Assembly: GCA_963668645.2 (NCBI GenBank)
Contig: CAXXWC010000002.1
Coordinates: 64,001-128,000 of the forward strand
Length of the DNA: 64,000 nt
DNA from: Desulfobacterales bacterium
Lineage (GTDB): Bacteria > Desulfobacterota > Desulfobacteria > Desulfobacterales > UBA2174
Reading direction: 5' to 3'
Of this stretch, positions 56,454 to 64,000 are shown one piece after another. A program made the position numbers and the translations under genes. The notes under the pieces were generated by a model that searched no databases, was not told the DNA's origin, and was given only the letters and a program-made list of their open reading frames with translations. Each line of letters begins with the position of its first letter. The stretch's first letter is position 1.

Positions 56454-56952
56454 GGACCCCTGCCTCGTAGTAGTGGCGCACGGCCTTCATTTCGGTGACC
56501 AGGTCGGCGACGGCCATCAGTTCCGGACTCGCCCCCCGTCCGGTCAGGACCAGCTCCACCGCAGCCGGTTTTTCCTTTACCAGAGCGAGCAATTCGTCGA
56601 CGCTCACCAGCCCCATGGCGGCCGCCACGTTGGCCTCGTCGAGGATCACCAGGTCGTAGTGCCCCTCTGTGAGCGCCTGCCGGGCCGCTGAAAGCCCCTG
56701 GGCCGCCAGGGCCCGGTCCTTTTCATCGGGACGGCCGCGGATCAGGCGCCCGCTGCCGAACTGGACCACCGTGACCCGGTCCCCCAGGGCCTTGAGGGCC
56801 TGGATTTCGCTGTAGTCGCCGTTTTTGAGAAACTGGCCGATAAAGACCCGCAGTCCGGCGCCGGCGGCCCGCAGGGCAAGGCCCAATGAAGCGGTGGTCT
56901 TGCCTTTGCCGTCGCCGGTATAAATCTGAACATACCCTTTTGAAAGTCCCAT
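56428..56952 (-). CDS. cobO: Cob(I)yrinic acid a,c-diamide adenosyltransferase
   Basis: YTGDGKGKTTA, QFLK, ILDE, ELVLTGR. Confidence 0.95.
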   Translation of the reverse strand: MGLSKGYVQIYTGDGKGKTTASLGLALRAAGAGLRVFIGQFLKNGDYSEIQALKALGDRVTVVQFGSGRLIRGRPDEKDRALAAQGLSAARQALTEGHYDLVILDEANVAAAMGLVSVDELLALVKEKPAAVELVLTGRGASPELMAVADLVTEMKAVRHYYEAGVHARQGIEK

Positions 56953-56976
56953 TTTTCCCCTTTCCGAACAGGAGGT

Positions 56977-57840
56977 TCAGATGGTGTATTTTTGCCCGTA
57001 GCCCCTGGGGGTGACCATGAATTGGCCATAGTGCACGGAGGCCCGTGATCCGATGAAAACGATGGTCTGCATGTCCACCGGGGCCTGGTCGAGTTGGGCC
57101 AGCGTGATGATCTGCACGCGCTGGTTCTCGCGGCTCGCTCCGGTGACGATTCCGGTGGGGGTGGCCCCGTCGCGGTGGCGCATGACGATCTCACGGGCCC
57201 GGTCCAGGTGGCCGGTGCGGCGCCGGCTCTTGGGATTGTAGAGCACGATGACGAAATCGGCCCGGGCCGCGGCATCCAGGCGGGTTTCGATGGTCTGCCA
57301 CGGGGTGAGCAGATCGCTGAGACTGATCACGGCAAAATCGTGGGTCAGGGGGGCCCCGAGCAGGGCCGCCCCGGCGCACAGGGCCGGAATCCCGGGCACC
57401 ACCTCGATGCGCAGCCCCTGGTCTGGGTCGCCGTCGGGGCCCACCACCGCCATCTTGCGGTGCGCGCAGATTTCGAACACCAGCCCGGCCATGGCGTAGA
57501 TCCCCGGATCGCCGCTGGAGACCAGGACGCAGCGCCCCCCGGCCGCCGCGGTCTCCAGGGCCGTCTCGACCCGCTCGACCTCTTTCATCATGGGCGTGGC
57601 CAGGACCTGGCGCGCCCCGATCAGGGGGCGTATCAGATCGATGTAGGTGGTGTATCCCACCACGGTATCGGCTGCCTTCAGGACGGTGCGGGCCCGTTCG
57701 GAGAGGTGCTCTTCGGCGCCGGGTCCGATGCCCACGATGTACAGTCCCTGCGGGCAATCGCTGCCGTGGCGTTGGCCGTCTTGTGTTTGGGGACGATCAG
57801 GCGTCCCCCCCGGGCTCCCAGAATCGCGGCTGCTTCGCAT
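56977..57840 (-). CDS. cbiH: Cobalt-precorrin-3B C17-methyltransferase; start uncertain, conserved core begins about 57744
   Basis: LYIVGIGPG, SSGDPGIYAMAG, HDFAVISLSDLLTPW, LYNPKS, MVTPRGY. Confidence 0.93.
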   Translation of the reverse strand: MRSSRDSGSPGGTPDRPQTQDGQRHGSDCPQGLYIVGIGPGAEEHLSERARTVLKAADTVVGYTTYIDLIRPLIGARQVLATPMMKEVERVETALETAAAGGRCVLVSSGDPGIYAMAGLVFEICAHRKMAVVGPDGDPDQGLRIEVVPGIPALCAGAALLGAPLTHDFAVISLSDLLTPWQTIETRLDAAARADFVIVLYNPKSRRRTGHLDRAREIVMRHRDGATPTGIVTGASRENQRVQIITLAQLDQAPVDMQTIVFIGSRASVHYGQFMVTPRGYGQKYTI

Positions 57841-58787
57841 ACGCTGCTTACTCCCACATGTTTTTGCACCACCGCCGAGGGGTTGGCGACACCCTCCACC
57901 CGGGCCAGTTCCTCCCGGCGGTAGACGCTCAGGCCGAGGCCCAACCTGGCGGCCGCTTCGCGCAGCCCCGGTTCGTCGGCCTTGATATCGATGGTGGCCA
58001 GCAAGGCCAGGCTCAAAGGCGAAATTCGATGCCGGTCCAGGACCTGGTGGATCAGATCGAGAATTTCACTCGCCGCGGTATCCCGGTTGCAGCCGACCCC
58101 GGCCACCAGGGACGGGGGGCGCAATACCAGGATTCGAGACGGCAGGTCAAGGCACCGGTCGTCGACCCAAACCCCGGGACGGCCGGCATTTTCGGACGCA
58201 AGCAGACCGGCCTCCTGCCGCGGGATCCGGCAATAGCAAGAAGATGGCAGGGCCCCGTCAAACCATCCGTGCGGGTCGAAAAGATCGATGGTTTCACCGG
58301 CCAGCAGGGCCATGCTCACCGCCTTGATGGCCCCGGGGTTTTCGATGGCCAGCCCCCTTTCCACGGCGATGGCATCGACGGCCGGCAGGCCGCGCACATC
58401 CGTGGCGGTGGTGATCACCGCTTGGGCGCCGCAGATGCGGGCCGTTTCCTCGGCCAGGCGGTTGGCGCCGCCGATGTGTCCGGAAACCAGGCTCACGGCC
58501 CAGTGCCCGGCCTCGTCCACCACCACCACGGCCGGATCCACGCTCTTGTGGCGCAGCAGCGGGGCGATGAGGCGCACCACGATCCCGGCGGCCATCACGA
58601 AGACATGCCCCCTGTAGCGGCCGAAGGCGCCGGTGACGGCCGATCGCAGCCCGTCGAAGGGCTGGCAGCCGTCCACCGCGGCCTGGCGCGGCGCGAAACA
58701 GTCGGCCCGGCCCAAACCGATGGCGATGCGGCGGGCCAATTCCACCCCTTGAGGTGTCAGGGCCCAGACGGCGAACTTTTCTTTCAT
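57678..58787 (-). CDS. cbiG: Cobalt-precorrin-5A hydrolase
   Basis: MAAGIVVR, DPAVVVVD, SGHIGGAN, VITTATD, GVGC, SVCEAAA. Confidence 0.93.
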   Translation of the reverse strand: MKEKFAVWALTPQGVELARRIAIGLGRADCFAPRQAAVDGCQPFDGLRSAVTGAFGRYRGHVFVMAAGIVVRLIAPLLRHKSVDPAVVVVDEAGHWAVSLVSGHIGGANRLAEETARICGAQAVITTATDVRGLPAVDAIAVERGLAIENPGAIKAVSMALLAGETIDLFDPHGWFDGALPSSCYCRIPRQEAGLLASENAGRPGVWVDDRCLDLPSRILVLRPPSLVAGVGCNRDTAASEILDLIHQVLDRHRISPLSLALLATIDIKADEPGLREAAARLGLGLSVYRREELARVEGVANPSAVVQKHVGVSSVCEAAAILGARGGRLIVPKHKTANATAAIARRDCTSWASDPAPKSTSPNGPAPS

Positions 58788-58794
58788 CCCTGCC

Positions 58795-59586
58795 CTACCC
58801 CATCTTCTCGGTTCCTTTCCGGTACCCATGACTGAAGCCCGCGTCGTAGAGCTTGGAGCGCAGCTCCGCACCGGTGCTGCGCGCCTCCAGGGCCGGGCTG
58901 ATGACGATCAGGGCCTGGCGCTGGATCCCGGACTGGCGCACCGCTTCGGCCAGACCTGCCGCCGTGGTGTGCAGGATCCGTTCGTCCGGGTGGCTGGCCT
59001 TTTGGACCACCGCGCAGGGGGCATCCGGGCCGTAAGCCTCGGCCAGCACGGCCCCCACCTGGTCGATCATGGCCATGCTCAGATAGATCGCCATGGAGGC
59101 CCGGTGGGCGGCCAGGGCGCGCAGACTCTCGGCCTCGGGCACCGGGGTGCGCCCGGCCATGCGGGTCATCACCAGGGTCTGGGTCCGTTCGGGCAGGGTG
59201 TATTCGATGCCCAGGGTTGCCGCGGCGGCAAAGGCCGCCGTCACCCCGGGAATCACTTCGAAGGGAATTTTTTTCTTTTCCAGGGCCTGGAACTGCTCGT
59301 GGATGGCGCCGTAGAGGCTCGGGTCCCCGGTGTGCAAACGCACCACCCGGCGGCCGGCGGTCCAGGCGGCGGCCATGCGCTCCACGATCTGATCCAGGTT
59401 CAGCCCGGCGCTGTCGATTTGCTCACAGGCTTCATCGGTCCACTGGAGCATGGCCCGGGGCACCAGGGACCCGGCGTAAACCACCAGTTCGGCCTGCTCC
59501 AGGGCGCGGCGGCCCTTGACGGTGATCAGTTCCGGGTCCCCGGGCCCGGCGCCCACAAAGAGGATGGGGTTGGCAGCAGCACACAC
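58795..59586 (-). CDS. cbiF: Cobalt-precorrin-4 C11-methyltransferase
   Basis: VGAGPGDPELITVKG, YAGSLV, RLHTGDPSLYGA, SKLY. Confidence 0.95.
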   Translation of the reverse strand: MCAAANPILFVGAGPGDPELITVKGRRALEQAELVVYAGSLVPRAMLQWTDEACEQIDSAGLNLDQIVERMAAAWTAGRRVVRLHTGDPSLYGAIHEQFQALEKKKIPFEVIPGVTAAFAAAATLGIEYTLPERTQTLVMTRMAGRTPVPEAESLRALAAHRASMAIYLSMAMIDQVGAVLAEAYGPDAPCAVVQKASHPDERILHTTAAGLAEAVRQSGIQRQALIVISPALEARSTGAELRSKLYDAGFSHGYRKGTEKMG

Positions 59587-59667
59587 ATCGTCACCTTAAA
59601 ATTTATTGTTCATTGTTTAAGGTTCATTTCCCGGCCGAAAATCGCGTTTTTATGTTGTGACCGGTGC

Positions 59668-60885
59668 TCATAGACCGGCACGCACCCCGCGAAGGATCCA
59701 GACCGGATTTTCAGCCTCCAGCCGCAGGTCTCCGGCCGTGGCCCGGCTGCGGGAGATCTGGACCTGCACCGCATCCACCTTCAGTCCCATCTGCTCCAGG
59801 ACGCGGCGGGCGGTCTCAAGGCTCGCCAGCAGGACCGTGTTGACCACCACGATCCCGTTGGCTGCAAGCCGTGCGGCCGCCTTTTCCAGGATGGGGGCCA
59901 GATCCTTGCCCCCGCCGCCCACGAAGATCCGGTCCGGATCCGGCAGATCGTCCATCCCTTCCGGCAGGCGGGCCTCGACCAGGTCCACGTGCCAGCGCCG
60001 CAGGCGCCGGCGGTTGTGAAACAGGGCGGTCAGCCGATCCGGATTTTTTTCCACCGCCACCACCCTCCCGCTCCAGGCCAGTACGGCGGCCTCCAGGGCC
60101 ACGCTGCCGCTTGCGGCCCCCAGGTCCCAGACGGTGTGATCCGGCGCGATGCGCAGCAGGCCCAGGCTCACGGCGCGCACCTCGGCCTTGGTGATCAGTC
60201 CCCGGGAATGGTCGAACTCGGCCTCCGCGGCCCCGATGGCACCGGGGTCCGGTTCGGGCTGGACGATCACCACCAGGTTGGGGTCGGCAAAGCGCCTGGA
60301 CCCTGCCTGGCTCACCGAAAGGCGGCTTATCCGCTCATCATGGCTTCCCAGCCGCTCCATGACCCACAGGTGCGCGTCCTCCAGCCCGCGAAGCGCCAGT
60401 TCGGCGGCGATGGCTCCAGGATCGGTCACCGGGTCGGTGAGCACGGCCGCCACCGGTTCGCGCGCCAGCACGGCCAGCAGCCGGTGGATTCCGCCCGAGC
60501 GGCCGTGGCAGCTCACCACCGGCACTTCGTTCCAGGAACGCCCCAGCCGGGCGAAGGCGGCCGCCACAGAAGTAACGTTGGGCAGGATGCGCACCATCTG
60601 GGGGCCGAAACGCTCGGCCAGAAAGCGTCCGATGCCGAAAAAAAGCGGGTCCCCCGAGGCCAGGACCGCCACCCGCCGCCCCTCGGCGGCCCGCCGGGCG
60701 ATGGCTTCGGCCAGCAGCGAGAGGCTTCCGGTGATCTCGATGCGTTCGGCCGCCAGATCCTCGAAACCCGCCAAGTGACGCCGCCCGCCCACCAGGACCT
60801 GGGCCGTACGGATGGCTTCCAGGTGGCCCGGTGCGAGATCCTGGGCGCTCATTCCCATGCCGACGATGGTTACAGGTGCCGTCAT
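59668..60885 (-). CDS. cbiET: Fused precorrin-6Y C5,15-methyltransferase (CbiE+CbiT)
   Basis: LASGDPLFFGIG; ITKAEVR, WDLGAASGSVALE, FVGGGG. Confidence 0.92.
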   Translation of the reverse strand: MTAPVTIVGMGMSAQDLAPGHLEAIRTAQVLVGGRRHLAGFEDLAAERIEITGSLSLLAEAIARRAAEGRRVAVLASGDPLFFGIGRFLAERFGPQMVRILPNVTSVAAAFARLGRSWNEVPVVSCHGRSGGIHRLLAVLAREPVAAVLTDPVTDPGAIAAELALRGLEDAHLWVMERLGSHDERISRLSVSQAGSRRFADPNLVVIVQPEPDPGAIGAAEAEFDHSRGLITKAEVRAVSLGLLRIAPDHTVWDLGAASGSVALEAAVLAWSGRVVAVEKNPDRLTALFHNRRRLRRWHVDLVEARLPEGMDDLPDPDRIFVGGGGKDLAPILEKAAARLAANGIVVVNTVLLASLETARRVLEQMGLKVDAVQVQISRSRATAGDLRLEAENPVWILRGVRAGL

Positions 60886-61988
60886 GCCGCCTCCTTAAAG
60901 ATGGGGCGGCCCTCGAAGTCGAAAATCACCGCCCCCACCACGACCTTGTCCAGGCCAAGTCGCCTGCCGGCCTCGATCATGCGCCGGCCCACGGATCGGA
61001 CCGCCTCAGGGTCCCGGACCATGATCCGCGCCAGGGCCTGGCGCGCCGTGTTGGCCTCTTCCACCTCTTGCGCCAGTGCTTCATCGCCGGTATCTTCGCG
61101 GATCCAGGCGCCCAGGGCCGCGAGGGTCATGGGTGCCGAACGGGCATGGGTATGGGCCAGGCCCTGGGCCATCTTGACCGCCTTGCCGAAAAAGACGGCC
61201 AGCACGGCGGACCGCACCCCCAGTTCCGCTGCCGTTTGAATGGCAAAACCGAAAAAATCGCCGATCTGGACAAAGGACTGCGGCGAGCGCTGGGGCCAGA
61301 GTTCCTGGGCAAAACGCTCCGAGCGCCGCCCGGTGGTCAGGATCAGGTCGTCCACCCCGCCGGCCCTTGCCACTTGCATGGCCGCACGGATGGTGGCGGT
61401 GTAGGCCTCGTGGCTCATGGGCCTTACGATCCCGGTGGTGCCGAGGATCGAGATCCCGTCCACGATCCCGAGCCGCGCGTTGAGGGTGTGCCGGGCGATC
61501 TCCTCGCCCCGGGGCACGAAGATCTCCACCTGCACGTGCCAGCGCCCGCGCTCACCTGCCAGGATATCGGCCACCGCCGCTTGAATCATGCGCCGCGGGC
61601 CGGGATTGATGGCCGCCTGTCCGGGAACGATTTCAAGCCCGGGCAGGGTCACCCGCCCGACCCCGGTTCCGCCGCGGATTTCGAGTCCGGGATCCGCCGT
61701 CAAACCGCACGCTTCCAATATTACCCGGGCCCCGATCTCGGCACCGTGGGTGGCGTCCGGGTCGTCGCCGGCGTCCTTGATCACCGTGCAAACCGCCGCG
61801 TTGCCACCCTCGCGCCGGGCCGTGTGGACCTTCACCTCCACCCCGCCCTGGCTCAGAAAAGGCACATGCACGGATTCCGGCGTCTCGCCGTGCGCCAGCA
61901 TCAAGAGAGCCGCGCGCACCGCCGCGGCCGCCGCGGCCCCGGTGGTGAATCCCGAGCGCAGCGTCTTATGAGTGGTTTGCCGATTCAA
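60882..61988 (-). CDS. cbiD: Cobalt-precorrin-5B C1-methyltransferase
   Basis: LRSGFTTG, KDAGDDPDATHG, AINPGPR, GISILGTTGIVRP. Confidence 0.96.
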   Translation of the reverse strand: MNRQTTHKTLRSGFTTGAAAAAAVRAALLMLAHGETPESVHVPFLSQGGVEVKVHTARREGGNAAVCTVIKDAGDDPDATHGAEIGARVILEACGLTADPGLEIRGGTGVGRVTLPGLEIVPGQAAINPGPRRMIQAAVADILAGERGRWHVQVEIFVPRGEEIARHTLNARLGIVDGISILGTTGIVRPMSHEAYTATIRAAMQVARAGGVDDLILTTGRRSERFAQELWPQRSPQSFVQIGDFFGFAIQTAAELGVRSAVLAVFFGKAVKMAQGLAHTHARSAPMTLAALGAWIREDTGDEALAQEVEEANTARQALARIMVRDPEAVRSVGRRMIEAGRRLGLDKVVVGAVIFDFEGRPIFKEAA

Positions 61989-62061
61989 AGAGACATTTGA
62001 ATCCGTTGCAGATTCTAAATCATCGCATCCGATATTACAGACATCTGCCTTGTTATATTAA

Positions 62062-62676
62062 TTATTCGAGCGAAGCGAGAATAATCAATGCATTGACCAC
62101 GCTCGCGGCCAGATTCGATCCCCCCTTGCGCCCCAGGTTGGTGATGTAAGGGACCTGGCGCTCCATGAGGGACGCCTTGGATTCGGCCGCGTTGACAAAG
62201 CCCACCGGCAGCCCGATCACCAGGGCCGGCCGGATCCGGCCGGCGTCCACCAGCTCCAGCAGGCGCAGCAGGGCCGTGGGCGCATTGCCCACCGCCAGGA
62301 TCCCTCCCTCGATGCGCTCTGTGGCGGCGTCCACAGCGGCTCTGGCCCGGGTGGTCTGCTGCCGGGCGGCGATTTCGGCCACCTGGGGATCGTCGATGAG
62401 ACAGACGACCTCGCCGCCATAGCGGGCCAGGTCCTTTTTCCGGATTCCGGCAAGGGCCATGCGGGTGTCGGTGACGATGCTCGCCCCGCGGTGGATGGCG
62501 GCCAGCCCGGCATCGATGGCACCGGGAGAAAAGCGCACCGTATCGCGGTATTCGAAGTCGGCCGAGGTGTGAATCATGCGCCGCACGATCTGCCACTCGG
62601 GGTCGGAGAATCCGTGGGGTCCGGCTTCGGCGTCGATGATCTGAAAGCTCAGTTTCTCAATCTCTTCGGGTTTCAT
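62062..62676 (-). CDS. cbiC: Precorrin-8X methylmutase
   Basis: IEKLSFQII, RMIHTSAD, GNAPTAL, PVGFVNAAESK, GRKGGS. Confidence 0.96.
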   Translation of the reverse strand: MKPEEIEKLSFQIIDAEAGPHGFSDPEWQIVRRMIHTSADFEYRDTVRFSPGAIDAGLAAIHRGASIVTDTRMALAGIRKKDLARYGGEVVCLIDDPQVAEIAARQQTTRARAAVDAATERIEGGILAVGNAPTALLRLLELVDAGRIRPALVIGLPVGFVNAAESKASLMERQVPYITNLGRKGGSNLAASVVNALIILASLE

Positions 62677-64000
62677 CGCTTCTCGACATTCCCCGCGGCC
62701 GGGGCACCGCCAGCCACGGCTTTAGAGTGTTTTTCTTTCCATGCGGCGCAGGCGTCCACAAAGGAGGCCGCCGCCTCGGGACAAGAGCCCAGATGCAGAT
62801 GAAGATAGCTGCCCAGGGTATTGCCCGCCTGAAACCCCTCACCGCGATCCGCACCCTGGCGGTCCGAGACCCGGTAGGCAAGCGGCACTTCACCGGTATT
62901 TTCGACCAGCTCGGAATAGTGAAACTCGTGGCCCCGTACCCGCCGTCCCGGGCCGCCCAGCAAGGTGGGACGGGTCAGCACCGCCTCGCGGTAGCCCAGG
63001 GAGCGCAACTTCGGGGTCATGCGCGTGGCCAGAGGAAAGCAGCCGGTCATCTCGTGGCGCCGGCCTTCGGCGTCCTCCAGATCCCGGCACAGGTACATGA
63101 AGCCGCCGCACTCGCCGTAAATCGGCATCCCGGACCGGCTGGCGGCAAGAACCCGGTCCCTCAGTACCCGGTTGCGGGCCAGGGCCTCGGCGTGAAGCTC
63201 CGGATACCCGCCGCCGAAGTAAAGCCCGTCCAGATCCGCGGGCAGGTCAGGGGCGTCGATGGGTGAAAAATAGACGATGGAGGCCCCGTTGGCTTCCAGC
63301 AGTTCGATGTTTTCCGGATAGTAGAAGCAAAAGGCGCGATCCTGGGCCACCCCGATGCGCACCGCGCGGCGTGCGGGCTCGGGCAAAGGGGGCGCTTGCG
63401 CCGCGCGGACGGGCGCCAGGCCGGCCAGCAGCGCGTCGAGATCACATCCCCGGACCACGGCTTTTGCCAGGTGGGAAAGCGCCTCCTGGTCCATCGGCCG
63501 GTCCTCGTCGGTCACCAGCCCCAGATGGCGCTCGGGCATGGCGATGCGCCCGTCGCGTCCCAGGGCGCCGAGGCAGGGCATGGCCACGTGGCCGTCCAGG
63601 GCCTGGCGCAGATACTCGAGGTGGCGCGGGCTGCCGACGCGGTTGAAGAGTACCCCGGCAAAGGTCAGCTGCGGATCGAAGCGCTCGAAACCCTGGACCA
63701 GGGCCGCGGCACTGCGCGCCATGCTGCGCGCATCGACCACCAAAAGCACGGGCAGCCCCAGCCATTTGGCCATCTGGGCCGTGGACCCGGCCTCGCTGCT
63801 GCCGTCGAATCCGTCAAAGAGCCCCATCACCCCCTCGACCACGGCGATGTCGGCCGCGGCGGCCTGGCGTGCGAAGATGCGGCGGTTGGTATCCCGGTCG
63901 AGCATCCATCCGTCCAGGTTGCGACTGGCCCGGCCGCAGACCCGCCGGTGGTGGCCCGGATCGATGAAATCCGGGCCGACCTTGAAAGGGGCCACCCGCA
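62673..64000 (-). CDS. cbiA: Cobyrinate a,c-diamide synthase (5' end beyond window)
   Basis: FKVGPDFIDP, VEGVMGLFDG, ERHLGL, AFCFYY, YGECGG, GHEFHYS. Confidence 0.95.
   Translation of the reverse strand, partial: RVAPFKVGPDFIDPGHHRRVCGRASRNLDGWMLDRDTNRRIFARQAAAADIAVVEGVMGLFDGFDGSSEAGSTAQMAKWLGLPVLLVVDARSMARSAAALVQGFERFDPQLTFAGVLFNRVGSPRHLEYLRQALDGHVAMPCLGALGRDGRIAMPERHLGLVTDEDRPMDQEALSHLAKAVVRGCDLDALLAGLAPVRAAQAPPLPEPARRAVRIGVAQDRAFCFYYPENIELLEANGASIVYFSPIDAPDLPADLDGLYFGGGYPELHAEALARNRVLRDRVLAASRSGMPIYGECGGFMYLCRDLEDAEGRRHEMTGCFPLATRMTPKLRSLGYREAVLTRPTLLGGPGRRVRGHEFHYSELVENTGEVPLAYRVSDRQGADRGEGFQAGNTLGSYLHLHLGSCPEAAASFVDACAAWKEKHSKAVAGGAPAAGNVEKR

Noticed and set aside
1..64000. KOPS (GGGNAGGG) polarity switch at dif
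   Set aside because: Spot checks found both orientations on each side; it needs a full count on the whole replicon
51490..64000. Cobalamin riboswitch
   Set aside because: No B12-box seen in the short spacers; the operon leader lies beyond the right edge

Overview
GC-rich bacterial chromosome segment. Gene content and the dif sequence suggest Desulfobacterota/Deltaproteobacteria (inference). Left and centre (1-40.3 kb) are mostly housekeeping: uvrC 3' part, an orphan MglA GTPase with a DUF4388-cNMP-PilZ partner, purC, tetR-acs-Na+/solute symporter-PAS/DEDDh exonuclease, an SPL-like radical SAM enzyme, EF-G2, xseA-xseB-ispA-dxs-tlyA, a dif-like site at 23725-23752, glmM, an ABC transporter with a DHH hydrolase and a GGDEF protein. 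The right end (51.5-64 kb) is an anaerobic cobalamin operon on the minus strand. Between them (about 40.6-51.5 kb) lies a scrambled accessory island with the most unusual signals. (i) Four-helix-bundle (IVS/Avd-like) genes are each framed by inverted arrays of 8-nt or 9-nt repeats; one cassette is amplified three times in tandem and a fourth copy is internally deleted. (ii) A 94-95-nt element occurs four times with fixed spacing, a hairpin whose stems covary, and a TGGT(G/C)CGAC(C/A)CC end that sits next to gene breakpoints. (iii) Fic, RhuM, UvrD and DUF2726 fragments, an HNH nuclease and an ORF6N fusion. No intact transposase, integrase or reverse transcriptase was recognised. All family calls come from motif recognition by eye, not database searches.
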